From positions 186,001 through 250,000 of IMG/VR virus record IMGVR_UViG_3300023174_000039: DNA of 64,000 nucleotides; one strand, 5' to 3'. The notes under the pieces are model-generated. The model did not search any database, had not been told where the DNA came from, and saw only the letters and a program-made list of their open reading frames with translations. The position numbers were made by a program, and so were the translations under genes. The stretch's first letter is position 1. Every line of letters begins with the position of its first letter. Positions 1 to 9,092 of this stretch are shown here, piece after piece.

Positions 1-278
1 GATAAAGCCCTGCGCCCTTGAACAACACACGCCAAATACCATACACATGTGGGCTGTGCGGATCTTGTGTTTCTTCTGTGAATCTATGATGTTTGCGATG
101 TATAGCCACCCATTGACGGGTGACCATGCCAGTGGTTAACCATAACCAGGCTCTCATAAAATGTTCCAGTATAGGATGAAATACAATGCTTCTGTGTGCT
201 TGTCCACGATGTAAAAACAACGTGACACATATTATAGTGATGTGTGTAACTGTTAGGGTGTAAATTAGTTCAGTCATT
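1..278 (-). CDS. Fatty-acid (acyl-CoA/acyl-lipid) desaturase, N-terminal part; runs off the left edge
   Basis: Not in the ORF track. Manual translation from ATG at 278: MTELIYTLTVTHITIICVTLFLHRGQAHRSIVFHPILEHFMRAWLWLTTGMVTRQWVAIHRKHHRFTEETQDPHSPH. It has the HRxxxH and HRKHH histidine boxes and DPHSP of delta-9-type desaturases. Confidence 0.88.
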
Positions 279-281
279 GTT

Positions 282-321
282 TATTTACTTGAATCTACGC
301 AAGTAAAACTCCAACTAAATA
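282..321. promoter_or_regulatory. Divergent pair of T4-late-like TAAATA promoters
   Basis: TAAATA on the minus strand at 282-287, 3 nt before ATG 278. TAAATA on the plus strand at 316-321, 4 nt before ATG 326. Confidence 0.6.
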
Positions 322-325
322 CAGG

Positions 326-616
326 ATGGGATTACAAAGCGTTCAATTTGAATACGAAGTACATTGCGACTGGACCGGCACACCACCTGTTTATCGCTTG
401 TACATCAATGACGAACTGTTTACTGAACGCACATACATCTGGAATAACAAATATCTTGAAGAAGCAGTGTCAATCGAAGCACTGCCTGGGGACTATGTTG
501 TTCGTTATGAATTACACGGTAACGGAACGCTGACTGCAAAAAACCCCAAAGTCACCATTGGCACAGCAGAGTTTATAGACAATAACACATTAAGGATTCC
601 GCATGAGAGCTCATGA
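326..616 (+). CDS. Hypothetical protein, beta-rich
   Basis: 96-aa ORF directly after TAAATA; overlaps the next gene. Confidence 0.7.
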   Translation: MGLQSVQFEYEVHCDWTGTPPVYRLYINDELFTERTYIWNNKYLEEAVSIEALPGDYVVRYELHGNGTLTAKNPKVTIGTAEFIDNNTLRIPHESS

Positions 617-821
617 GATTATGGAAAATGCCAGTGCAGGCGCCACTTGTGCAGGGTCAATTGCTCCTGTAGAAAGCACCATGGGCATGGTATCAAGAAA
701 CGGCGGATCAATGCTAACAGGTAAATATGTAACAGGTTCAGATCCCACACCGAACACACCTAAAGAATACAAAAGGAACAAGAATGTTAGCGGACGCTTT
801 AAAAATTCTCCTGGCAACTGA
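603..821 (+). CDS. Small hypothetical protein, possibly virion-internal
   Basis: 72 aa; MRAHEIMEN N-terminus of the type seen in large-phage late proteins; coupled to its neighbours. Confidence 0.65.
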   Translation: MRAHEIMENASAGATCAGSIAPVESTMGMVSRNGGSMLTGKYVTGSDPTPNTPKEYKRNKNVSGRFKNSPGN

Positions 822-1224
822 AGAAGCTTTTGCTCTAAAAGCCAAACAGTTTCACTGGAACGTAGAAGGCCCAGATTTTGGCCAGCTACATGCTTTCTTT
901 GACGCGATCCACGACGATGTGTATGGTGCTACTGACCCTACCGCTGAATACATTCGTGCCATGGGCGATTATGCTCCAGGGTCATTTGAACGATTTATAG
1001 AACTAACAAAAATACAGGGACAAACAAAGATCCCACGTGCTAGACTTATGTTAGAAGAACTCTTGGCCAACAATGGTCAAATGCTGGATCTTCTTAACGA
1101 AACCTTCCAAGTAGCAACCAATGAAAATCAGCAAGGTATTGCCAACTTCATTGCCGAACGAATTGATGCCCACCAGAAACATGGATGGATGTTGAGAAGT
1201 TATTTGAAAGAGCAACGAGCATGA
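784..1224 (+). CDS. dps: Dps/ferritin-like DNA-binding protein
   Basis: KAKQFHWNVEGPDFGQLHAFFD and HQKHGWMLRS are Dps signatures. Confidence 0.9.
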   Translation: MLADALKILLATEEAFALKAKQFHWNVEGPDFGQLHAFFDAIHDDVYGATDPTAEYIRAMGDYAPGSFERFIELTKIQGQTKIPRARLMLEELLANNGQMLDLLNETFQVATNENQQGIANFIAERIDAHQKHGWMLRSYLKEQRA

Positions 1225-1913
1225 GTTCATCAGCAGACATTAGATCAATTCTAGATCGCTTGGCCACAGTAGAAGAAAGCAAACTTACTCCTGTCAACGT
1301 CAAGCATGGGTTAAACAAACAGCAGAAGTCTGCGGACCAATTGCCTGCGCTGTTCAAACCCCGAGACATTAGTCCCACATTGGCCAAAAAGCCTTATCAA
1401 AAACATCCCATGGACGGCAAACTAGTTGGCGACTCAATTGAGCCTACCAAGAGTCCGCTAGAAGAAGCCATGCAAGACATTGAAGAAGACATGCTCAGCA
1501 AAGTCAAGCGCAGTTTTGTTGATTACTTGGAGCAATTAGAAGACGATAACAAAATTGACGGCCACTTGGTCCGCAAGGCCAAGGCTGAACTAGATATTGC
1601 CAATGACCCAGATCCTGAAAACGAATCAGAGATAGATGAAGATCCTACACAACAAGACCTTGATGTGGTGCCTGCACAAGCACCTGCTGAAGATCCTACA
1701 TTGGCAGAAGCACCTGTAAAAACCTATCCCATGGAAGATGGTAGCATGCTAGAGTGTTATGGTAATGAATCACAAGGATTTGAAATTCGTCATGGAGAAC
1801 GACGATTACCCACACGTTTCCGCAATGTCAATGATGCCGACATGGCAGTAAAGATATTCCAGAAACGTAAAAACAAGCCCCAGGGCAACGAAGATTATTT
1901 GGAAGAACGCTGA
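1221..1913 (+). CDS. Acidic hypothetical protein
   Basis: Probable start MSSSADIRSIL at 1221, overlapping the dps stop as ATGA; D/E-rich middle region. Confidence 0.7.
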   Translation: MSSSADIRSILDRLATVEESKLTPVNVKHGLNKQQKSADQLPALFKPRDISPTLAKKPYQKHPMDGKLVGDSIEPTKSPLEEAMQDIEEDMLSKVKRSFVDYLEQLEDDNKIDGHLVRKAKAELDIANDPDPENESEIDEDPTQQDLDVVPAQAPAEDPTLAEAPVKTYPMEDGSMLECYGNESQGFEIRHGERRLPTRFRNVNDADMAVKIFQKRKNKPQGNEDYLEER

Positions 1914-1914
1914 A

Positions 1915-4233
1915 ATGATAGTAGATCAATTATTCACAACCCCTGCTGTAGTTGGTAACACCAAGCAGTTTTTTGGTGAAAGCCGTCACAACAAGTTGCT
2001 GAAAGAAGACGTAACTTATCGCAAGTTCCATAATCTAAGTCGCATGCTTGCCGAACGTGCAATGAGTGAGAAAGAAATTCTTGACTTGTTTGCGGCCATT
2101 GAGGCAGGTGCCAATGCCACAGGACAGAATCGTACTGCATTGGGCCGAGGCAAAGATGCGGTAGCAGGTGCATACACATCTGCCAAAGATGCTATTAACG
2201 GTGTATTGAGTTCTATTGCAAAATCTACTCCTGTTGCAGGTGTAGATGCTGCCTACAATGATGCCACTGGCGCACTACGCGACGCAGTTGGCACTAACAG
2301 CAAGGTCATGGATTCGATCAAGAAGTATCGACTGCTGGCCAAAGAATATCCCAAGACACAGTTATTTGTCAAGACAGCACTAATTGGGTTGGCCGGTATG
2401 GCCACTGGTGGTGCAGGATTGCCTGCTATTGCCGGTCTTACTGCCGCCATTGATGCCGCCATTAAAGGTGAAAAGTTATCTAGTATTATTGGCAAAGGTG
2501 TTGGCGCCGCACTAATGGGCTTGGCCTCAAAAGAAGTAATGGATCTGTTGTCTGGTGGCTCTGCTCCTCTTGCTGCCGATGATGGTACCACCGCAGGAAT
2601 ACAAGCACAGATTGATGCACAGAATGCGGCACAGATTCCCGGTGGCTACACAGATTACACAGTGCAAAAAGGTGATACTTTGAGTCAACTTGGGCAAAAA
2701 GGTAAATTTAGTGTTGGTGATGCACTAAACGCCAACAATGGTGCTACATCTGTAACCCCCAATGGTCAATCAATGACCTGGAATGATCCTAATGCATTAT
2801 CTGATGTTAACCCCATGGGTGATTATGTGGGGCCGAATACAGGCGTGCAACAAGATTACAACGTAAGCACCGCGCCAAAAATTTCAAATCCTGATGTGTT
2901 ACCAACAGGACAAAAAATCAGACTTCCAAACGCCACAGGTGCCACACCATATGCAGGCAATGTTGGCCTTGCTGGTGACACTTGGAACAAGATTGGGTCA
3001 GGGCAATATCCTTACAGTCAGATTTCTGCTAACCAAGCTGCCAAGTATGGACTCAAAGAAAATGTCAACTTAAAACGATTGCCAGCAGAACAGTTAATTG
3101 ATCAAAAGCTCACCGTGATGGCTTGGGCACTGGTTGAAAGTGCAGGCAAGCCTCCTGCTCGCAACATACACTTGACACATGCGGGTGTTATCACTGTGAT
3201 TGAAAACGTTGATCGTCATCGTCGTGCGTTGTTGAAAGAACTTGATGCAATGGGTCCTAGCCGTGCAAATATACCTGCTGTGCCTCGTCCTGACATGCCC
3301 GGCGTAATTGGGCGTGGGCTAAATGCGGCATCTGGTTTTGCTAGCAAAGTAGGCAACTATTTTACCAAGCAAGCACAGAACTTCACACGCAAAGTCACCG
3401 CAGCCAAACTCAAAACAGAGTGGGAACAACTGGGACACTTTACTGATTCAGATCAAATTGCCGCCTTCTTGGCCAAGCAAGGTGTTCCACAAGGTGTTAT
3501 CACTGATGTGTATGGCAAGATGGGTATTCCTTACACAGCGCCAGCCGCAGTTCCTGATGGTACACCTGCACCACAGCAACAAGGCGGTGCCGGCATCCAG
3601 ACTGGCGACATCTACGCTATTGATCCAGCCACAGGCAAGCCTTACGAAAAAGAAAAACTTGCTGCCAAGTGGAATACTACTACACAACCAGCGCCTACTC
3701 CGGCACCTGCCCCAACTACAGTACCTACACCAACCACAGCAACAACTCCTGGGAAAACAAATGTAACTACAAATGCTCCTGGGTTTGACGCTACCAATGT
3801 AATGAAATTACCAGGCATGGAAAAATATGCCAAGACTGCACCAGCGGCCCCGGCAAAGACTGCTAACTTTGGAGGCGGGCCTACTGGGTATGGTAAAACA
3901 ACTACTGCCTTTAAGGCACCAACTGCACAAGCGCCGTCCGCGCCATCTGTGCCTGCCGCGCCAAAGGCTCCGGGTGACCAAAGATTAACTTCTGACGAAT
4001 ACATTAAGAAACTCGGAGCACCAGCACTTCCTGAAACTATCGAGCAAGTGAAAAAAATGTTAGAAACTGTGCAGACCAAGGATGATGTTGCATTTATTAA
4101 AAAGTACATCAACCGACAGTTCCAAGGGCAACTCAGCGAATCAGCCAATGCACAACGTAGTCACTTGCTAAACGAAGTAACTAGAATTGGTGCAATACGC
4201 CGAAGAACATACAGCCAGCAACTGGCCATTTGA
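1915..4233 (+). CDS. Large Ala/Gly/Pro/Thr-rich protein with an interrupted LysM domain; probable virion protein
   Basis: YTVQKGDTLSQLG...NPDVLPTGQKIRLP LysM halves; PAPT low-complexity linker. Confidence 0.8.
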   Translation: MIVDQLFTTPAVVGNTKQFFGESRHNKLLKEDVTYRKFHNLSRMLAERAMSEKEILDLFAAIEAGANATGQNRTALGRGKDAVAGAYTSAKDAINGVLSSIAKSTPVAGVDAAYNDATGALRDAVGTNSKVMDSIKKYRLLAKEYPKTQLFVKTALIGLAGMATGGAGLPAIAGLTAAIDAAIKGEKLSSIIGKGVGAALMGLASKEVMDLLSGGSAPLAADDGTTAGIQAQIDAQNAAQIPGGYTDYTVQKGDTLSQLGQKGKFSVGDALNANNGATSVTPNGQSMTWNDPNALSDVNPMGDYVGPNTGVQQDYNVSTAPKISNPDVLPTGQKIRLPNATGATPYAGNVGLAGDTWNKIGSGQYPYSQISANQAAKYGLKENVNLKRLPAEQLIDQKLTVMAWALVESAGKPPARNIHLTHAGVITVIENVDRHRRALLKELDAMGPSRANIPAVPRPDMPGVIGRGLNAASGFASKVGNYFTKQAQNFTRKVTAAKLKTEWEQLGHFTDSDQIAAFLAKQGVPQGVITDVYGKMGIPYTAPAAVPDGTPAPQQQGGAGIQTGDIYAIDPATGKPYEKEKLAAKWNTTTQPAPTPAPAPTTVPTPTTATTPGKTNVTTNAPGFDATNVMKLPGMEKYAKTAPAAPAKTANFGGGPTGYGKTTTAFKAPTAQAPSAPSVPAAPKAPGDQRLTSDEYIKKLGAPALPETIEQVKKMLETVQTKDDVAFIKKYINRQFQGQLSESANAQRSHLLNEVTRIGAIRRRTYSQQLAI

Positions 4234-4316
4234 ACACACCTTAGGACCGGTACTTGTTACCGATAGTGTGGTCCGGCTGCTGGACTGGCGTAACGATTCG
4301 CTACCGTGAAACCTAA
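4234..4316 (+). ncRNA. Candidate structured intergenic RNA
   Basis: Complementary segments: TTAGG 4241-45/CCTAA 4312-16, CACAC/GTGTG, GGACC/GGTCC, CGGTA/TACCG (two possible partners), GTCCGG/CTGGAC. Confidence 0.45.
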
Positions 4317-4390
4317 AGTGAGCATTATCTCTCCAAACTTGTTGTGATTATAACATATTGTGTGTATACTTACACACAAGGAGTATTTTT

Positions 4391-4654
4391 ATGTCACAAC
4401 CCAAATCTTTCAATGGCGAGCAGAAGCTCAAACTCACACAAATTATCAACGAAGGCATGCAAGTCATGCACGAGATTGATACATTACAAGGTGGACTTAC
4501 TGACACTATCAAAGCAGTAGCAGAAGAACTTGAAGTCAAGCCAGGCATCTTGAAAAAAGCAATTCGTATTGCGCACAAAGCAAGTCTAACACAAGCCAAT
4601 CAAGAACACGAAGACCTTAATACTATTTTGGAAACCGTTGGCAAAACATTATAA
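4391..4654 (+). CDS. Small helical conserved phage protein
   Basis: AGGAG SD followed by ATG 4391; KAVAEELEVKPGILKKAIRIAHK. Confidence 0.8.
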   Translation: MSQPKSFNGEQKLKLTQIINEGMQVMHEIDTLQGGLTDTIKAVAEELEVKPGILKKAIRIAHKASLTQANQEHEDLNTILETVGKTL

Positions 4655-4725
4655 ATATCTGTCTCGACAGCGAGTCGCTCACGTTACGAGCATGAATCAC
4701 GGCTTACCGGCCACAATCGGAGACT
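4650..4725 (+). promoter_or_regulatory. TATAAATA late promoter plus structured 5' leader of the DNA polymerase gene
   Basis: TATAAATA 4650-57. GTCTC 4661-65 pairs with GAGAC 4720-24, which covers the SD. Internal hairpin GCTC-acgttac-GAGC. Confidence 0.55.
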
Positions 4726-7386
4726 ATGAGTTATATCGACGCACTATTTGATCGTGAACACGATCGCATTCATGTTGTAGAACGCCAAGACGGCGTGAGG
4801 AAATACCAAGAGTATCCTGCCAACTACATCTTTTACTATGACGATGCCCGGGGCAAGTTCCAAAGCATATATGGCACACCTGTCAGTCGTTTCTCAACAC
4901 GCAACAACAAAGAGTTCCGCAAGGAAGTTAAAATGCATTCCGGCAAGCAATTGTACGAGAGTGATATCAATCCTATCTTTCGTTGTTTAGAAGAAAACTA
5001 CAAAGACCAAGACGCCCCAGAACTCAATGTTGCATTTTTTGACATTGAGGTAGACTTTGACAAAGAGCGAGGTTTCTCGCCTGTGGAGGATCCATTTAAT
5101 CCTATCACTGCAATCTCAGTCTACCTAAACTGGTTAGATCAATTGGTTACTCTGGCAGTGCCACCACGAGGAATAACTTGGGAGACTGCACAAGAGCTTG
5201 TGAAAGACTTTGAAAACACCTTGTTGTTTGATCGAGAAGAGGACATGATTAAAACATTCCTGGACTTGATCGAGGATGCAGATGTGTTGTCAGGTTGGAA
5301 CTCAGAGGGCTACGATATTCCATATACTGTGAATCGTTGCACTCGTGTGTTATCAAAAGACGACACTCGCAAGTTCTGTCTATGGGGACAATTACCCAAG
5401 ATGCGTATGTTTGAACGCTTTGGTAGCGAAAGCCAAACGTATGACTTGATCGGTCGTGTGCATATGGACTATATGCAATTGTATCGCAAGTACACATATG
5501 AAGAACGTCACTCATACAGTTTGGACGCCATTGGCGAGCACGAACTCAACGAGCGCAAGACACAGTTTGAAGGCACACTGGATCAACTATACAATCAACA
5601 CTTTAAAAAGTTTATTGAATACAACCGTCAAGATACATTGTTGTTACACAAGCTGGATCGCAAATTACAGTTTTTGAGTCTGGCTAGCGAATTAGCACAC
5701 GCCAACACAGTATTGCTACAAACCACAATGGGTGCTGTGGCAGTAACTGAGCAGGCTATTATTAATGAAGCTCACGAACGTGGCATGGTGGTACCCAATC
5801 GCAAGCAACGTCTAACAGATGATGACACACAGGCCGCGGGTGCGTATGTTGCGTATCCCAAGAAGGGCTTGCATGACTGGATTGGATCAGTTGACATTAA
5901 CTCACTGTATCCGAGTGCTATTCGTGCCATGAACATGGGACCAGAAACTGTGGTAGGACAATTACGTCCTATCATGACCGACCACTATATCAAAGAAAAG
6001 ATTGCCAAGGGTGCCAGTTTTGCGGCTGCGTGGGAGGGCTTGTTTGGCAGCTTGGAATACACTGCTGTGATGGAACAGCAACGTGGCACAGAGATCACAA
6101 TTGACTGGCAAGACGGCACAGAAAGCACACACTCGGCAGCAGAGATTTGGACCATCATGTTTGACAGCAACCAGCCCTGGATCATGAGTGCTAATGGTAC
6201 TATCCTTACATATGAGAAGAAGGGTATCATTCCTGGCCTGTTGGAACGCTGGTATGCGGAACGTAAAGAACTGCAGGCCAAGAAAAAAGTAGCCAAGGAC
6301 AAGAAAGAAGAAGCATTCTGGGACAAGCGTCAGTTAGTCAAGAAGATTAACTTGAATTCGTTGTATGGTGCTATTTTGAATCCAGGTTGTAGGTTTTTTG
6401 ATCACAGGATCGGGCAATCAACCACACTCACAGGCCGTGCTATTGCCAAACACATGGATGCCTACATCAACGAATGTATCACAGGCAAATATGATCACAC
6501 AGGCGAAGCTATTATATATGGTGATACAGACTCATGCTACTTTACTGCTTGGCCAGTGTTAAAGAAGGAAGTGGAAGAGGGTCGCATGGAGTGGTCAAAA
6601 GAAACTGCCATTGCCTTGTATGATTCAATTGCCGAACAAGTCAATGCAAGTTTCCCTGGCTTTATGGAGCAAGCATTCCATTGTCCAAGAGAAATGGGTG
6701 CGTTGATTGCGGCAGGTCGAGAACTGGTTGCAGATCGTGGCCTGTTTATCACAAAAAAACGTTATGCTGTAAACATCATTGACTTAGAAGGCAAACGACT
6801 GGATGTAGAAGGTAAAAAAGGCAAAACCAAAGCCATGGGCCTGGATTTGAAACGTAGTGATACACCTAAAGTTATTCAGGACTTCTTGTTGGAACTTCTA
6901 AATAGTACATTGCATGGCGGCACACGTGAAGCAATCATTGAACGTATTCGTGAGTTCAAATATGAATTTATGGAGCGACCAGGCTGGGAAAAAGGTTCGC
7001 CCAAGCGTGTGAACAACTTGACCAAGTATGCGGCAGAAGAAACAAGACTTGGTAAAGCCAACATGCCAGGGCATGTTAGAGCCGCAATGAACTGGAATCA
7101 AATGCGCAGAATGAACAGTGACAACTACTCAATGCAAATTGTAGACGGCATGAAAACCATTGTGTGTAAACTAAAAAGCAATCCCTTGGGATGGACCAGT
7201 ATTGGGTATCCTACAGATGAACAGAGATTGCCTGCTTGGTTTGTTGAACTGCCGTTTGATGACGGACTTATGGAGGCAACTGTTGTGGATCAAAAGGTCG
7301 ACAACTTGCTGGGTGTGCTGGAATGGGACTTGGCATCAGCAACCAACACAGAAAATACATTTACTAGTTTATTTGAATTCGAATGA
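4726..7386 (+). CDS. polB: Family B DNA polymerase with 3'-5' exonuclease (gp43-like)
   Basis: ExoI FFDIEV, ExoII GWNSEGYDIPY, motif A DINSLYPS, motif B KINLNSLYG, motif C YGDTDS. Confidence 0.97.
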   Translation: MSYIDALFDREHDRIHVVERQDGVRKYQEYPANYIFYYDDARGKFQSIYGTPVSRFSTRNNKEFRKEVKMHSGKQLYESDINPIFRCLEENYKDQDAPELNVAFFDIEVDFDKERGFSPVEDPFNPITAISVYLNWLDQLVTLAVPPRGITWETAQELVKDFENTLLFDREEDMIKTFLDLIEDADVLSGWNSEGYDIPYTVNRCTRVLSKDDTRKFCLWGQLPKMRMFERFGSESQTYDLIGRVHMDYMQLYRKYTYEERHSYSLDAIGEHELNERKTQFEGTLDQLYNQHFKKFIEYNRQDTLLLHKLDRKLQFLSLASELAHANTVLLQTTMGAVAVTEQAIINEAHERGMVVPNRKQRLTDDDTQAAGAYVAYPKKGLHDWIGSVDINSLYPSAIRAMNMGPETVVGQLRPIMTDHYIKEKIAKGASFAAAWEGLFGSLEYTAVMEQQRGTEITIDWQDGTESTHSAAEIWTIMFDSNQPWIMSANGTILTYEKKGIIPGLLERWYAERKELQAKKKVAKDKKEEAFWDKRQLVKKINLNSLYGAILNPGCRFFDHRIGQSTTLTGRAIAKHMDAYINECITGKYDHTGEAIIYGDTDSCYFTAWPVLKKEVEEGRMEWSKETAIALYDSIAEQVNASFPGFMEQAFHCPREMGALIAAGRELVADRGLFITKKRYAVNIIDLEGKRLDVEGKKGKTKAMGLDLKRSDTPKVIQDFLLELLNSTLHGGTREAIIERIREFKYEFMERPGWEKGSPKRVNNLTKYAAEETRLGKANMPGHVRAAMNWNQMRRMNSDNYSMQIVDGMKTIVCKLKSNPLGWTSIGYPTDEQRLPAWFVELPFDDGLMEATVVDQKVDNLLGVLEWDLASATNTENTFTSLFEFE

Positions 7387-8318
7387 AACTCAGCGATATT
7401 GTTTATTACCGTAACCACCTTGACAGTGTTAATACAGATACTATCAAGTATAATGCCATGCATGAACTTGATGCCATGCGGCATGTGGTTGATCACGGTG
7501 GAGTCAAGGTTGGAAATTATGCAGATTTAATCCATGACAAGTATAGTTCGGCTGTTGATGCTGTTGCCGACATGACTTCGGTCATACACAACCTTTGTGA
7601 TGAACTTGATTTGTTAATTGAACAACACACCGCTGAATACATGGCCGAGAGCACAAGAATGTATGAGCAAGACATGTGCTGGGAAACAAACGAGTATATT
7701 CTCAGACGCAAACTACACATTGACGATAACAGCAACATAATGTTGCGCGGTAGGCTACGGAACTATACTGACTGGCGTGTACCGGGACTGATCATCCGCC
7801 CGGCTTGCGAAACATTTATTGAAGAACTAGTACCACTGGATCCTTTATATATTGTAGACCACCACATGGATCTTATTACACCTAGTATGGCGGAATTCAA
7901 CGAAGTGTATCAAGCTAGACTACGACCATATGTAATCAGCGAAGAAGATGAACAAATACTTGGACCACTACCCGATGGGCAGTTTGGATTTGTATTTGCC
8001 TACAACTTTTTCAATTACAAACCATACGAATTATTGCAACGCTACCTGCAGGAACTGTATCAAAAGATAAGGCCTGGAGGTGCAGTGATTTTGACATTTA
8101 ATGACTGTGATCGGGGGCACGGAGTAGCATTGATGGAATCTTGTTTCATGTGCTACACTCCCAAGACCAAAGTCATTGACTATGCCGAGTCTCTTGGCTT
8201 TGATCTCAGCCATGATCATACCGGACTTGGTGATCTAAGTTGGTTAGAATTCCGAAAGCCCGGAAAGATAACCAGCCTGCGAAGCGCACAACCTTTGGCA
8301 AAAATTATTTCAAAATAA
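7383..8318 (+). CDS. Protein with a C-terminal SAM-dependent methyltransferase-like domain
   Basis: FGFVFAYNFFNY...LYQKIRPGGAVILTF resembles class I MTase motifs. Confidence 0.65.
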   Translation: MKLSDIVYYRNHLDSVNTDTIKYNAMHELDAMRHVVDHGGVKVGNYADLIHDKYSSAVDAVADMTSVIHNLCDELDLLIEQHTAEYMAESTRMYEQDMCWETNEYILRRKLHIDDNSNIMLRGRLRNYTDWRVPGLIIRPACETFIEELVPLDPLYIVDHHMDLITPSMAEFNEVYQARLRPYVISEEDEQILGPLPDGQFGFVFAYNFFNYKPYELLQRYLQELYQKIRPGGAVILTFNDCDRGHGVALMESCFMCYTPKTKVIDYAESLGFDLSHDHTGLGDLSWLEFRKPGKITSLRSAQPLAKIISK

Positions 8319-8319
8319 C

Positions 8320-8348
8320 TTGCTAAATCTAAATAAACCCTGTATACT
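8320..8348 (+). promoter_or_regulatory. Sigma70-like promoter with TAAATA nested in the spacer
   Basis: TTGCTA 8320-25, 17 nt spacer, TATACT 8343-48; TAAATA at 8330-35. Confidence 0.55.
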
Positions 8349-8368
8349 TAAACACTTAGGAGAAAATT

Positions 8369-9091
8369 ATGAAAGACTGTCTATTAGACTTGGTACAACA
8401 CACACATGATCTTGGTTGCATTGACTTGATCAAGATTGTAGGAGACGAGAACTCTACACAAATCGAAGGCTTGGCGGAAGATTTGAGCGTGGTAGTTAAA
8501 GGTGAGTATAAGAATCCAGTGCCCGATTTTGTTGGCACATTTGGTATGCCAAACTTGAGCAAACTCAAAACACTTTTAAACTTGCAAGAGTACAAAGAGG
8601 ATGCCAAACTCACTATCACACGCAAGACTCCCACAGAACCCGATGGCATTGATTTTATAAACAAAACAGGCGACTTCAAAAACAACTATCGATTCATGAC
8701 ATCCGGAGTTGTTAGTGACAAATTAAAAACTGCCAAAATGAAACCAGTAACTTGGCACATTGAGTTTGAGCCCACAGTTGCCAGCATCATGCGTTTGAAG
8801 ATGCAGATGAGTGCCAATGCCGAAGAGCCAAACTTTCAAGTCAAGACTGATGGTACAGACTTGAAATTTTACTTTGGTGATCATTCAACCCATGCTGGTA
8901 ATTTTGTGTTTCAACCTGATATTACAGGACAATTGAAACGTGCATGGAGTTATCCTGCCAAACAATTTGCCAGTATCATGGATTTGATTGGAGATAAGAC
9001 TGTGCGCATCAGTGATGACGGAGTGGCACAGATCACAGTAGACTCTGGTGTGGCTGTATACAACTACCTGTTGCCAGCACAAAGCAAGTGA
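8369..9091 (+). CDS. Probable sliding clamp / DNA polymerase accessory protein (gp45-like)
   Basis: 240 aa, alternating beta/alpha pattern, ends YNYLLPAQSK, located near polB. Size and position fit a clamp. Confidence 0.65.
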   Translation: MKDCLLDLVQHTHDLGCIDLIKIVGDENSTQIEGLAEDLSVVVKGEYKNPVPDFVGTFGMPNLSKLKTLLNLQEYKEDAKLTITRKTPTEPDGIDFINKTGDFKNNYRFMTSGVVSDKLKTAKMKPVTWHIEFEPTVASIMRLKMQMSANAEEPNFQVKTDGTDLKFYFGDHSTHAGNFVFQPDITGQLKRAWSYPAKQFASIMDLIGDKTVRISDDGVAQITVDSGVAVYNYLLPAQSK

Positions 9092-9092
9092 T

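Noticed and set aside
3642-4148. Antisense ORF of 168 aa, and similar shadow ORFs across the window such as 58606-59367
   Set aside because: Explained by low stop-codon frequency opposite Ala/Pro/Thr-rich or repeat coding strands; no RBS or motifs.
4726-7386. Intein or intron in the DNA polymerase (thyX at 54073-54744 also checked)
   Set aside because: Motifs are contiguous and the lengths are normal.
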